A stretch of 64,000 nt of DNA from Octopus vulgaris (lineage: Eukaryota): NCBI GenBank assembly GCA_951406725.2, contig OX597816.1, positions 107,570,001-107,634,000 of the forward strand, read 5' to 3'. Position numbers and translations under genes: made by a program. The notes beneath the pieces are model-generated. The model saw only the letters and a program-made list of their open reading frames with translations, ran no database searches and was not told where the DNA came from. Positions 40,277-54,313 of this stretch are shown one piece after another (positions within the stretch are counted from its first letter, which is position 1; the number at the start of each line of letters is the position of its first letter).

Positions 40277-40329
<53 letters not shown>

Positions 40330-40450
40330 CAGCTACATATGTAACACAGATATTCACATAATCTATCTACCTATCTGTCTGTCTATCTCTGCCTCTGTCT
40401 GTCTGCCTGCCTCTCTGTCTGTCTGTCTGTCTATCTGTCTGTCTCTCTTT

Positions 40451-40536
<86 letters not shown>

Positions 40537-40621
40537 CGACTAAATCTTTGTATGCGCATCTGGAAATTGAATTATTCACAATAGAATTAATATTAAGCGT
40601 TACCAATAATATTATTATGCA

Positions 40622-40734
40622 TTAGAAACGACTACTCAAACGTTTGTTACTTTGTACAGCTAAAATTTCAAAATCAAAGTCAGATTGAAATAGCTCAGGG
40701 TCTAGGAGAAGCTCTTTGAAGGCGTTTCGATATT
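40622..40734 (-). CDS. Candidate terminal exon of a minus-strand gene (GPCR helix-8-like start)
   Basis: Acceptor TTTATTTTGTAG, then xYRNAFKELLLDPELFQSDFDFEILAVQSNKRLSSRF*; no partner exons found. Confidence 0.25.
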
Positions 40735-41528
40735 CTACAAAATAAATGTTTGAATTATTACAACTAATAACAAGCAGAAACACGTATTCAATCATCTCCA
40801 GCGACGTACGTTTTCGCACATAGACGCGTTGGTTCGCATATACATTTTCTCTTGTGTATGCAGGTGCATACAATCTCGGATTATGCGCCTGATCCTCATT
40901 ATTCTCAGAAAGTGCTACTGCTGTTAACCTAAATATTATAGTAGCAACATTTATCTATCATGCAGGGAAAATGGATGTTCGCAAAATCCTTAGTAAATGA
41001 TAGAACCTATAGAAATATATTGATTCAGCACATGAAAAGTTTCGATTGGAACTTCTAAGATGAAGGAATATAATAATCAAATTGTATTCCGAAATGGCGA
41101 GAGAAAAATAAGTAAACATTTATATTTTCACTGTCACATATAATGTATTAAACAAGATATGCAGAAAAGTTCATACTCGTAACAGACACATATACTTACC
41201 CAGATACACTCACACACACAAAATCATATATAAGCACAAAGTGCATATATGCAAAATATGCGAATAAAAATACACAAATATACACAAAGTTAGACAAACT
41301 TGGATAGGTACACATCACACACACATACACACACACACAAACACACACACACGCACATACACACACACACTCACACACACACACAAATTCATCCACACTT
41401 TTATAGTAGAAATAGCGGGCTTCCAACATCAAAGGAAAGAAATCCGAGAATGTATCTCATATGCTCACATATAAGCACATATTCATTTGCAGAACCACAC
41501 ACACCTTTCAATTTAAGCAATACATACA

Positions 41529-41562
<34 letters not shown>

Positions 41563-41601
41563 CATACATACATACATACATACATACATACATACATACA
41601 T

Positions 41602-41636
<35 letters not shown>

Positions 41637-41860
41637 TATATATATATGTGTGTGTGTGTATGTGCATATATATGTTTATATGCATGCCTATATTATGATA
41701 TATTATGAATGTACACATATGGTATATATAAATACATGCTCAAGTGTATGCGGTTGTGCATATACGTATACACACATAAAAACACACACACACACACATA
41801 TATATATATGCGTATATATATGTGTGTGTATGTACATATATGTATACACATATGTATATA

Positions 41861-41908
<48 letters not shown>

Positions 41909-42369
41909 TGTATAAATATATATATATGTGTCTGTGTATGTATATATATATATATACACACACACCAAACCTCCTCCGCATTAGTGGTGGTGGTGATGGT
42001 GGTAGTGAGTTTCCATTGTTCAGGATTCAGTTGTTTGACCAACTGATTACTGATTTAGTATTTCACCGTCACGTATCGATTGACTTAACTTAATTCTTAG
42101 GTAGGTAGAATCAACAAGACACAAAAGCTTGACACGCTTGTACCTTTGGAATTGCAGGTACAATCCACCAGATGGATATCTATGCAATTTTCGTCTAGAT
42201 CGTTCCACTCACAAGGTATGACACGATCGGAACTTATAGAAGCTGGTATTTGCCCGAGATGTGAAAGATGTAAAACTCTGCTGTGTTTCTTGTATTTCCA
42301 TCATATTTTCTTTCAACTGAAGAATGATTATGTCCGAAACACACGCGCGCGCGAGCGCGCACACACACA

Positions 42370-42417
<48 letters not shown>

Positions 42418-42432
42418 CACACGCGCGCGCAC

Positions 42433-42483
<51 letters not shown>

Positions 42484-42608
42484 AATGAACAATCTTTTGT
42501 ACATTCACAAAATTTTATTTGCCAAGTTCGAGAAATAAAAATATTTTTTTCCAAAAATTCTGACTTTTTTCTCGATATACAATTTCTTTACATCACACCT
42601 AACACTCT

Positions 42609-42644
<36 letters not shown>

Positions 42645-42806
42645 GAAAACTCCATTAGAATGGGAGAAAGCGCTAATGATCTAAGTGATATGATATATAT
42701 ATAAAAAATGTAATATATAAATAAATATCTGTAAATATAAACCATCCGATCTTCTGATTACCTCATTTCTTCTAATATATATTTCTATATACACATATAC
42801 AAACAG

Positions 42807-42856
<50 letters not shown>

Positions 42857-42859
42857 CCA

Positions 42860-43275
42860 CGCAGGCGTAAGTGTGTGGTAAGAACCTTGTTTCTTAAACA
42901 CATGGTTCCGCATTCAGTCCTACTGGGTGGCATCTTGGATAAGAGTCTTCTACTATAACCCTCGGATCGTCTAAGGCCTTGTGAGTAGATCTGGTTGATG
43001 GAAACTGAAAGAAGCCCGTCGTATATCTATATATGTATAGATACATCTATGTGCGTATGTATTTGTGTCTGTGTTTGTCCCCACCCACTATCACTTGGCA
43101 ACTGGCGTTGGAGAGTTTGCATGTCCGTAACTTAGCGGTTCGGTAAAAGATTGTTAGAATAAACACTCAGCCTAACTAATAAGCTCTATGACCGATTTGT
43201 TCAACAAAAACGCCCTAGAAGGCGGTGCTCCAGCATGGCCACAGTCAAAAGATCTGAAGCAAGTAAAAGAAAAGA
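42860..43275 (+). mobile_element. OR1-like SINE
   Basis: Collinear with 14071-14448, including GGCGGTGCTCCAGCATGGCC and the AAGTAAAAGA tail. Confidence 0.85.
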
Positions 43276-43299
43276 ATATATATATATATATATATATAC

Positions 43300-43399
<100 letters not shown>

Positions 43400-43401
43400 A
43401 T

Positions 43402-43716
43402 ATTCTTTTATTTATTTCAGTCATTTGACTGGGGCCATGCTAGAACAAATCGACCCCAGGATTTATTCTTTGTAAGCGTAGTACTTATTCTATCGGTCTC
43501 TTTTGCCGAACCGCAAATCGGTTGTCAAGCGATTGTGGGGGACAAAGACAGACACCCATACATATATACGACGGGCTTCTTTCAGCTTCCGTCTACTAAA
43601 TCAACTCGAAGCTATAGTATAAGACACTTGGCCAAGGTACCAAGCAGTAGGACTGAACCTGGAACCATGCTATTTACCACACACCCATTTCTGCGCCTAT
43701 AGCCACTCCTGCACCT
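43402..43716 (-). mobile_element. OR1-like SINE with internal deletions, tail-to-tail with the previous copy
   Basis: Reverse-complement matches: TTTCAGTCATTTGACTG, GTACTTATTCTATCGGTCTCTTT, ACGACGGGCTTCTTTCAG. Confidence 0.85.
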
Positions 43717-44639
43717 ATATATTTATATATATAACATTTCTACCACTTATGATATATTTATACACACATATGTGCATATATATCTGCATATATATAATAC
43801 GCACACAGACTTGCGCATTCCTATGCAAATATTGATTTGCATATGTACACAATATTGTATAATGAATACGCTTTATTGTCTCTAAGAGAATACACATACA
43901 TTCACAGATACACACACTCATACTCGATCCCATCCCCACTCGCATAGACACACACTGATTCCAATACACATTTCGACACATGTACTTCGTCAAACCTTTC
44001 AGGTTCTTCGTTTCCCAATTCTCAGAACACAAGCAATTATTCGAAATATAAAGTCAATTTAACTCCGCATAGAAGTTAATTCGATATATTAGTACTTCAA
44101 TATTTACTTTATAGAATTCTGGTCGCTCAATCAATTTAGTTTGATCAAATAAAAAGGTAAACATTAAAATGCTGTTTTTACTAACCCTACACTTCAGTTT
44201 AACTAAAGTATTCATATATAGACATATATGAACAATTTCTAAGCATACATACAGAAGGAAAATTTACATTGTACCAACACACATACATATAAACAAATAT
44301 ACACACACACACAGTCATAAACACTCACAATCTCACACGCACATACCCGCACACACACACACTCACACACACATGTACTAGGGCATAGAAGATGATTGTT
44401 TCTGTGAAAGTTAACTATTAAATACGAAACCTTTTTCTTTAAAATATTAAAACCGAGCAGATGACCAGCCGTAACAAATATTAAATTTCTAATCAGGAGA
44501 CGAGGGAATTCAAGAATCATACATATATATACACATGCATATATGATGGCTGTCCACTTGTAACCGAGGAAAGCTATTACTGACAAACTTATACTTTACA
44601 CTTGCGCCTCCGTTGGTGACTAACGAGCCCTACTCTTAT

Positions 44640-44865
44640 TTCTTATTTCTTTATTGCCCACAAGGGGCTAAACATAGAGGGGACAAACAAGGACACACAA
44701 AGGGATTAAGTCGATTACATCGCCTCCAGTGTGTAACTGGTACTTAACTAATCGACCACGAAAGGATGAAAGGCAAAGTCGACTTCGGCGGATTTTGAAC
44801 TTAGAATGTAACGGCAGACGAAATTCCTATTTCTTTTCTACCCACGAGGGGCTAAACACAGAGAG
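44640..44865 (-). mobile_element. OR2-like SINE variant
   Basis: Core GAAAGGATGAAAGGCAAAGTCGACTTCGGCGGA; the tail motif CCCAC(A/G)AGGGGCTAAACA is repeated. Confidence 0.75.
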
Positions 44866-45670
44866 CGTATAGGTGAACATTGGCGGGAGCTCAAAGAAGG
44901 GAAAAACACGTCAGTGCTCTACCAACATGCTCAGGCAGAGAGAATGGAGGCTCAATTAATAGCATAGAGGTTAAAGTACTATCGACACTTAGGACTGACA
45001 CGACACTTAGACAGATTACAGAGGCTACACACATAGCAGTGGACAGACGGAGCCTCAATAGAAAACACGAATGGAAGAGTAGCACCTACCACCACACCAC
45101 ACGACTAAAGAAAGTAGGGATGAGAAGAGAGAGGGAAAGGGAAAAAATGTAAATAATACACAGAAACATACAGAGTAATACATACAATAGGTATATATGC
45201 ACTTACCTGTGATACTTACGAGAACTAGAGATAGATGTATAAAATAACAACAATAATAATGATAATAATAATAATAATAATAATAATAACTATAACCAAA
45301 TAAATAAATATATGTCACATACCTGTGATAAATGTAAGACAAAGATAGATACAATAAATAAATAAATAAAACTATATAAAGTGCATCAATACATACAAAG
45401 CAAACCCATACACACACGCGTGAAATTTCATGGACGGCCATAACAATGTCAACAATATATCTAACACAGTCAGCAGCAGCGGCGGTGCCAATGATGCCAA
45501 TAACAACAATAATAACTACTACGATGGCAACACCGTGGGCGACGCACACACTGAGGAATACAGGAACTGTACCATATTCTTTTTCGGGTCTTAGGACAGC
45601 AGCAACCCATGAGGTGAGAAGATGGGTCTGAGGTGAAGGCCACACTCCTGCTAAAAACTATGACACACAC
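44866..45670 (+). mobile_element. 3' end of a Penelope-like element (GIY-YIG C-terminus plus 3' region)
   Basis: SAL..H...VKVLSTLRTDTTLRQITEATHIAVDRRSLNRKHEW fits a GIY-YIG C-terminus; degenerate hammerhead-like CTGAGGT..AGG..CCT..AAAAC at ~45628. Confidence 0.6.
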
Positions 45671-45928
45671 ACACAAGCATACACCTCTCCCCACCACAAG
45701 GCACAAACGCATGGGCACATAAGGATACACGCCTTAGAAGAACAGAATAGAGTAAGTGGAGCAAGAACACACACGAAAACGAAAAGTATTGCTGAAGTGT
45801 AAATGAGTGACGAAATATTTCCGGATAATGGACATGAGTTAAAATAATAAAATAAGAACAGTAATGAACGAGTGAAGAAAAAGTATAGAGAGTGTGTGTT
45901 TATTTGGTAAAAAAAGGGTTAAACTAAA

Positions 45929-46312
45929 GTGTTTGACCCGAGCAAAAAAACAAAAGAAAAATAGTGTAATTGGTGTAAAACAACTTGCTCTAATCGAATA
46001 TGACAAAAAAAAAAAAAAAAAAATGCGCGCTCGCGAACGGGGTGGCGTGGGGGATAGGACTCGGAAAATTCACATCGTCAGACCATGGCCTTTAAACTAT
46101 AGTGTTTGATCCGAGCGAAAAAGAAAAGAAAAGAAAATAGTGTAATTGGTGTATAGCAACTTGCTCTAATCGAATAAGAAAAAAATTGCGCGCTCGCGAA
46201 CAGGTGTTGGGGAGAGGACTCGGAAAATTCTCATCGTCAGACCATGGCCTTTAAACTATAGTGTTTCACCCGAGGAAAAAAGAAAAAAATAGTGTAATTG
46301 GTGTGAAACAAT
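45929..46312. repeat. About 2.3 tandem copies of a 160-175 bp unit with a CpG-rich core
   Basis: AAAATAGTGTAATTGGTGT occurs three times; TGCGCGCTCGCGAAC and GGACTCGGAAAATTC.CATCGTCAGACCATGGCCTTTAAACTATAG twice. Confidence 0.9.
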
Positions 46313-46323
46313 TTGAAGAGTAG

Positions 46324-46365
46324 ATGTTTGTAAGCCATTCAAGAACACACACACACACACACACA

Positions 46366-46464
<99 letters not shown>

Positions 46465-46675
46465 AAGCGATTGAAACACAAAGACACACAAGGAAACGCT
46501 TTGAAACCGAGACTTGTTCACTGACAAAACAGATGCAGCACAAGTTTTTGTCAGGATTTTGCCATGGTTTCAAAGAACGAAAATATTTAGACACAAACGA
46601 AATTTAAATTTTGCAGTGAAAGTAACGGCTTTTGTTGTTCTGGAATTGCTTACAAACATCTTACACGCTGCAAAT
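46324..46675. mobile_element. Diverged second copy of the 10045-10381 fold-back element, with an expanded (CA)n in the left arm
   Basis: Shares TGTTTGTAAGCCATT, TGTTCACTGACAAAA..TGCAGCAC..TTTTTGTCAG, ACGAAAATATTT and GCTTACAAACA.CTT.CACGCTGCAA. Confidence 0.8.
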
Positions 46676-47049
46676 TCTCTTAAATATTCAACCTTACCCT
46701 GCCCCTATTTACAAAACTTTCCACTCTTTTTCGTTTGTTTTTTTTCTATTCTTTATACAGACAGTTCATGTTATTAAAATAAATTTTCTTTAACCTTCCT
46801 TTAGATTGTTATCTTAGCAACCAATCTCCCTCAAAACACCTACTGTCGTAATCTGACAATTCTGCCTATTATGTAGTTTGAATGATAAACTAAAGATTAA
46901 GATTATTAACCCCAAAACTTTAAGCTTTTAAATAGCAATAAATTTTTTTCTCTTTTTTGCTTAATTAAAATGGTTACCCTTTAACTCGTAATTTTTCGTG
47001 TCAGCTGTAAAGGTGAAGAGGGTTAACTTGGACGGTGTTAAGTAGTGGA

Positions 47050-47462
47050 AATGATCGGTGATTGTATGTGGTTGTTACTTTTCACTGGTTCTTCTCAATA
47101 AGGATATTTGATTGATAACGAATCTTAACACAATATATAAACAACTTCAAGTGGAATCGGACAGAGAGAGAGGAAAGAAGAGAGACAGCATAGCGGCAGT
47201 TTTGGCTGATTGTCATCCTGTGCTCCCCTTGTTGCTAGCGAAATGGTATGTGCCGGCTGTCTGAGCAACTGGTTGCTTTTTAATGGCGGAACAAGCAGGA
47301 CAAAACGATTACAAAAATAGCAATTCTCACTTTGAAGTTAGCAATTTCGAAAATCGTTTTAGATTACGGAACGCCTTGCTCTCTCATGTATCCATGTTTA
47401 AAATTTCAGCGCGATCGGATGAACAATGCTCGAGTTATAAGCGCACAGACAGACAAAATGGA

Positions 47463-47472
<10 letters not shown>
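47050..47472 (-). mobile_element. Helitron-like 5' region
   Basis: Minus strand TATATAAATTCCATTTTGTCTGTCTGTG...CCGATCGCGCTGAAATTTT resembles non-autonomous Helitron starts. Confidence 0.45.
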
Positions 47473-47512
<40 letters not shown>

Positions 47513-48080
47513 TTCATTAAAAAGCAGCAAAAATATCACATGAACTGTTACTCACTGTTCCACGTTCCTGTTCATTGGACAGTTTGGGTTAGAATGGAGC
47601 AAGATAAAGTTATATGCAGAAATACAATTACTTTGATAGATACACATTTGAAAATGGTTTTGTTTCATTGGTATTGGTCCTTTCAACTAACAGACTTTTC
47701 AATAACCGGTTGAGTGATATAGGAAATTGCGGTTTAAAATCATATTATTATAATAATCGACGAAGAGCCTTAATTCAAAAATAGCTTAGAAAGAAAGAAA
47801 AACCCTGAATACCCAGGGTAAATAATTTGCTATAAAAATACTAATAAATTCTATTGAACCTTTGGAGGGGTCTTATGCCGGTAATAAAAGATATATCCGT
47901 TTCAAATATTTTCATGCTAGATTACGTATACATTTGGTAATATATACACATACCAAACAATCTATAATATACGTATATACACTAAACATACGCAGGTGCA
48001 TGGCTACATACATATGCAGACATATATAGGCAAGGCATAAATATATACAAATGCATATATATACATACATATATATATAT

Positions 48081-48140
<60 letters not shown>

Positions 48141-48141
<1 letters not shown>

Positions 48142-48529
48142 TACTTCAGGGAGTGACGACCCTGCCTGACACGAGTCCCGGGCTCAGCTGGCTCCAACTG
48201 ACAGCACCCGGTATGGACCCCTATCCAGGGTTACGGAAAGGAAACAACCTTCAAAGAAATCTGGAGTGGAGCTCCGTAGGTGGTTTAGTGTTCGACTCGA
48301 CACTTTTCCGGCAGCTCCTGCAACCAAGCTGGTGCCAAGCATAATGCTCTGCACGCCTTTGGACTACGTCAGCAAGGTCGAGAGAGGATTTCTCATGATT
48401 GAGCTATCCAGAATTTTCTTACTTCTAGTCCAAGCCTGCGCAAAACTGGAGAGGACATGAAATGTAAAATCCAGACTGGATTAGTTTATGCGCAACTCCA
48501 TTGTCTCCCGAGACAAAAGGATGCCAACA

Positions 48530-48545
<16 letters not shown>
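48141..48545 (+). mobile_element. RTE-related non-autonomous retroposon with a (CAA)n tail
   Basis: GCAGCTCCTGCAACCAAGCTGGTGCCAA resembles RTE 5' UTRs; short tandem-repeat tail; flanked by (TA)n. Confidence 0.55.
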
Positions 48546-48584
<39 letters not shown>

Positions 48585-50260
48585 ATGTATGCATGCACAC
48601 GCACACGAAGAAAATCTCTTGGCGTATGCTTATGCAAGTTAATTGTTACATTCGAAATATAAAAAAGAAAAAATCAGATAATAATAAGTGTGTGTGTGTG
48701 GGGGGGGGGGAGAAAAATGGAAAAACGAAAAAGAAAAAGAGAGCACAAAGAGAAGGAAAAAGAAAAAAAATACTTAGAAGATAGTTGTAAAATGATGTTT
48801 TGTGCGACGAATACATAAAAATGCACACATAAAATTACGTGTATTTCTACATTAATTCAAATATACACACATAGATACGCATACATATATACAAAAAAAT
48901 ATGTACGCCTATATCGCAACATTGGTTTCTCCCGGGAGTCTCTTTCCATTCACAAGTTCCCCATATCGCATCAGTTTAGGGATCCTGCTATCCTTCATTC
49001 TAATATGGTACATAGATAAATTAGGTTACTTATTAATGGTGCCCATACAGTATTCTATTATTAATCCCATACTTACTTATTTTAACTATAATTATTTTTT
49101 TAATTTTCTAAAATTAACCCCCCTTTTTAAAATTTACTTTGAAAAATACTGTTATACCTCTATTGAAATATTACATCTCTTTTTATATCTCTTCTATATA
49201 TATTCTTCTCATTTTCTTCTAATACATTTTTTTACCTAATTTCCTAATAGTACTTTTTATTAATTTCATTTAATATTGCCAATTAATATTCTTCCATTAC
49301 ATATTATTAATATGTAATATGTAATAATAGTAATTTACACACTGTCTCCCTCTCCTAGATTTACTATTAATATTTATCTTCTCCCCCAATGTATTACATT
49401 ACGTTATTGTTCTTCACCCAGCTATTATTAATTAATTTATTCATTTATATATATATAGATATAGTTATTTTTCAGACCTTTATATAAAAAACATATTTTT
49501 TATCTATAACTTTTTCTATATGTTTTTATTATACCTAGGATACATTAACTATCCATATTTACCTCCCCTTGACCACAATATCTTTTGCACACATAAGCAT
49601 GTTATCCCCAAAACTAAAAAATTATAAAATTTTTCTTTGGTATAAGTGATTTTTTCCTTGCTTTCTTATTTTATACACAACATATCAACTCCGTTCTGTT
49701 ATATTGTTTCTTTTTTTACTTATTTATTTATTCTATTTTTAAATAATATTTTACATTACCGTTAATGATCCCTAATTGACTGAAACGCCACTTATTTAAA
49801 AAATATGACCAATAAGCCCTCTTTTACTGATTTAATTAATACAAAATAGATTTAGGGGTGCCAGCTATTTTTTTTTACCAAAGTAAGTACGTATAACAAA
49901 TACATTTTTATTCATTTATTATTGTTTTTTATTGAACCCTATTTGAACATAAGTTTTTTGTGTATGAATCTAAGTAATAACATATTACTTACAGAAATAT
50001 ATATTTATACAATTTTTCTGCGTGTTTAAAGTCACAATCGAAAGAGCTGTTGGGGAATTATATCTAATTTTTGTGATTGAGAAACGTAATTATTAATTGA
50101 TTTATTTCTATTTTCTTATTTTTCTTAAATAATTATAAACCTTGGCTTATTTAATTACCTATTTATGAGTATTAAAATTAACATTCAAAATAAATAGTAG
50201 GTAATAAACCAGTAAATTCATAGGATATTATTACCCCTTAATGAGGCTTATTCAATCACT

Positions 50261-50314
<54 letters not shown>

Positions 50315-51720
50315 ACTAGCAAAAGTTTACAACACATAGTAAAACATCCAAGGTTACACATATTGAGTCAACGTGGGTTAATGAAATTTCCACTATTTGT
50401 GAAGGTTTTTCTAATAAATTCAATGCAAAAATCAAAATTATATAATAATGAACAAAAGCAATTTTATACGGAAAAATGTTGAACTTCAAAACGCAAAAGT
50501 TTACAACACATTTAATCAATGAAATAAAATCACTATTTAGCTGCATAACCCTTGTTGAGGATGAGAGCTTGCAGGCGCTTTGACTAGTCTTCTGAATACT
50601 TTTATATTTGGTGGGGCTTATTTTCCCTCATTCTTCTACACAAAATATTTTCAATTCTTGGCTTTCTTTTTTGAGTTTCAATTCTTTCCGCAAATTTTCT
50701 GTTGGATTAAGGTCTAGAGATTTATTTGGCCATTCCAGTGCATTAATTCCATTTGTTTTAGCCAATTCTTGGTCAGCTTTGCTGAATGATTTGAATCGTT
50801 ATTTTGTTGAAAGACCATCTTTGTTCCAGGTTTAGGGAGCGAGTGCCAGTTATTAAACATCTCTCAAAAATCCCCATATATTTTTTTCCCCATTCCTTCA
50901 ACTTTTTCCATTCTTCCAACACCCGATGAGCAAAAACAAGCCCATACCATTACTGATCCGCCTCCAAATTTCACTGTAGGATAATATTCTTTGGTACGTA
51001 TTCCGTGCTGTTCTTTTCTGAAACATTACTGATCGAATTTCTGCCGAAAAGCTCAATCTTAGTTTCGTCAGTCCAAACTATGTTTTCCCAATATGCTACC
51101 GGATCATTTAGATGTTTTTTTTTGCAAAGCCAAACAAGCTTTTACGTTACGTTTTTTAAGCAATGAGGGGGTGGTCTTTCTTGGAGAACGAAAAAAGAGA
51201 GCATAACGACAAAGTAATCTACTAATTGTATCGTTGCTCACATGTACTTCATATGCTTCTTGTAGTTTGTGGTCTATTACTAGCTGTTCTTGTAAGTTTT
51301 CTTGCTGTATGCTCTGCTAACTTACGTGGGCGACCGGAGCGGACTACATGGAAAATGCAACTGCAATATTTCCACTTACGTATTATCATACCAACTGAAC
51401 TCAAGGCTACATTAAGCTGTGCAGAGACCTTTCTGTACCCATTGCCACTCTTATGAAGGTCAACAATACGCTCACGAAGGTCTTGACAATTTGTTTGTTT
51501 TTACACCCGATGGTGTTGTGCTTTCTACGGTGATATTATCAGAACTCATGCAATGGCTATAAATGCACACAAACGAAACTTCGCAAGTCTTCTCGAACAC
51601 TGTAGTTATTTTGGGAAAGAAAGGTAATTTTCATTTAAAGTATCTGGAAAATGATTCAAGTGAGTTAAATACACTTGGACTTTTTGACTCTGTGTTGTAA
51701 ATTTTTGCGGATCACTGTAT
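50315..51720 (-). mobile_element. Decayed Tc1 element with IR/DR-type ends
   Basis: TIRs GCAAAAGTTTACAACACA / TGTGTTGTAAATTTTTGCGGATCACTGTA; inner direct repeat at ~50493; WTDETKIELFG, KFGGGSVMVWGCF and EWPNKSLDLNPTENL motifs. Confidence 0.9.
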
Positions 51721-51946
51721 ATATACACATGACAAGGAAAAGGAATTAAGGCTATTTGTTTTACAGATTGAATCTATTTCGTCGCCTGTCTACGAATTAT
51801 TATTTATTGCCAGGGATTGCATTGCTCTAGTTTCAACTGAATGCAAATTGTTATAGAATTTTGTCTTTTTCTGAAATTAGGCGTAACTGACTTTGACTGA
51901 GATTCCATTTTGTAATTATAAAAATATTCCATATTTATATATATAT

Positions 51947-51987
<41 letters not shown>

Positions 51988-52251
51988 GAGAGAATGCCGC
52001 CGGGATTTTGGAAAAATCGTTTTATTTATTCATTATTATTAGCGCTTTTGTTCGTTTCTCGAAGTTGTCTAATAGAATTTTGTCAAATAGTATTCTATTT
52101 GACAAGTTTGTGAAACGAACGAAAGGGCTAATAGTAAAGAATAAAAGATTTGTTTTCAAAATTCTGGCGACCTTTTTCTCAATATTCAATATCTGTATAC
52201 CACAACTAACATTCTACACACAGACACACACACAGGCACACACACACACAC

Positions 52252-52349
<98 letters not shown>

Positions 52350-52422
52350 CATATGTATCATATATCCGAAAAAGAAGCACAGTCTAAAAGCCTACAGCAG
52401 TAACGTATTTATATGCAGTTAA

Positions 52423-52553
52423 GTCTATATCCGCCCATAGAGTGACCAATGGTTTCGCATCCATAAAGGTCCTAGCCCCATGGACAGCTTGTCCATGCGG
52501 CTAGGCCCTTTATGGATGCGAAACCGTTAGTCAATCTATGACCGGACATAGAC
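52423..52553. repeat. Imperfect palindrome with 64-bp arms
   Basis: GGTTTCGCATCCATAAAGG.CCTAGCC.CATGGACA gct TGTCCATG.GGCTAGG.CCTTTATGGATGCGAAACC. Confidence 0.9.
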
Positions 52554-53038
52554 AACGACGTAACTGTATTTACTACACACATGTGAGTGAGAACACTTTG
52601 AGTTATTTTTGGTATCTAACATATGTCAGATACTGCGAGCGCTGCTTCTGATTGGTCAATCCCTGGTGATGACCCGAGGTCACGGTGACGGCACTACTTT
52701 TGTCATTCATAAGTTACAACTAAACTTCATTCATTACTTTCACGAGTAGGTAGAATGTAGCCATGTAATTAAACAAACATACTATCTTTTTTATACCAGA
52801 TATCACTTAAAGTCATATACACATAAAATATAAACATTTCTGGTGGTAATTCAATTTTTCTGAAAACTTAGCGCTATAAAGTCGGACTATCTTCCTGCGG
52901 CATGACATCTTTTACAGTTACACAATGTGACGTCACTGACGTAAAATCAAGCTGTATTCGTGCGCGCTTCAACACGATGTGAAGAATTTAGTTATTGGGT
53001 TAATAAAATATGGTCGTTTATTCGTGTGTAATAAATAA

Positions 53039-53182
53039 AATACCAAACTCATTCCCTATGGATACCGTATTTATTACAACTCGTGGCTTGTAAACGTATC
53101 TAACGAGCGAAAGCGAGTTAGATACGTTTACAAGCCACGAGTTGTAATAAATACGGTATCCATAGGGAACTCATTTGGTATT
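53039..53182. repeat. Palindrome with perfect 53-bp arms and 9-bp outer arms beyond a CTCA/CTCA bubble
   Basis: 53052-53104 is the reverse complement of 53117-53169; spacer GAGCGAAAGCGA. Confidence 0.95.
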
Positions 53183-53427
53183 CTCTATATAAATATCATT
53201 TACACTACAAGATCCTTTTGAATGAACAGCACGGACAGGAAGCATTTCTAGCACCTCTACACACCAGTTTCTTTGAATAATGGAACTGCAACTACATCTT
53301 TATATATTTTTATTTTTATTTTTTCATTCATTCTCCTATTTCTGTATATACTATTTATTTGCGTACTTTCCCCAAATAACTCCTATATTGAACTCTAATA
53401 TTTCCATCTATTTAACCATCTCATGTC

Positions 53428-53475
53428 GTCTCTGATGAAGAAATATCCCTAATATCCCAGAAACAGCTGTACGAC
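53428..53475 (+). ncRNA. Degenerate minimal hammerhead motif (canonical core)
   Basis: GTCT-CTGATGA-[eroded stem II]-GAAA-C AGCT G-TA-CGAC; palindromic ACAGCTGT. Confidence 0.4.
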
Positions 53476-53564
53476 TAACTTTCTCTTTATAAATGTGCTG
53501 AAAACTCATCACCACCTCATTTTATGTAACATATACATGCTCATTCAAGACCCGCATTAGACTC

Positions 53565-54313
53565 CACACTCGTATCATTTGCAATCCCACCAGATAGAGA
53601 GAAGAACCTTTTCCCCATGAAGTTACATTCTCGTTTGTGGCTGAGTTTTTTTCCCTTTTACCAAGCCACTGTTTACGACGTTTAACATTTCGATAGAAGA
53701 TTCATTTTTCGTCACCAGTCACAAGTCTATCCAAAAGAGTGAAATGAGTTCGCGAGATTTGCGGTTGCTTTTGGACAATTTATGAGGCTCTCATTTTTCA
53801 AGTTTAGGAACCTTTCCAAGTTGTTGAAGATGACGATGAACAGTTGTATGGTTTGAACTAAGCTTTATTCTTCAACTGATAATGCAGGATTTTCTTCAAG
53901 TAATGCCTCAAGGAGCTCATCATCAAACTCAACTGAACGTCCTATTCGATCTTCATCTTCAAGGCTGAAATTTCCACTTCTGAATTTTTGCAAACCATCT
54001 TCTACAAGCTATTTCATTCAAGCATTCTTTCCCTTAAACCGAGTGTATGGTTCGAGTCACTTCATCTGCAGAGTTCCCTTTTTTGTATTCATAAAGCATT
54101 ATGTGCCTTAAATGCTCTTTGGATACCTCCATGTTAGAAATGATTTTAATCAAAGAAATTTTAATTCAATTATTCTGTGAAAGAATTAGTTTAAATGTAC
54201 ACAAATGCATAAAAATAATTTTTAATTCCATTAGACATTCTAAAATACTATTAAATTTCATTCTATTTTAAGAAAGGTAAAATCGGTCAGAGCTTATGGG
54301 ATTACCTGATATA
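53565..54313 (-). mobile_element. Mariner 5' half
   Basis: RSGNFSLEDEDRIGRSVEFDDELL and RLVTGDEK fragments; TIR TTATGGGATTACCTGATA. Confidence 0.8.

Noticed and set aside
46060-46100. CTGACGA on the minus strand of the tandem unit
   Set aside because: No GAAA box or helices follow at a suitable distance.
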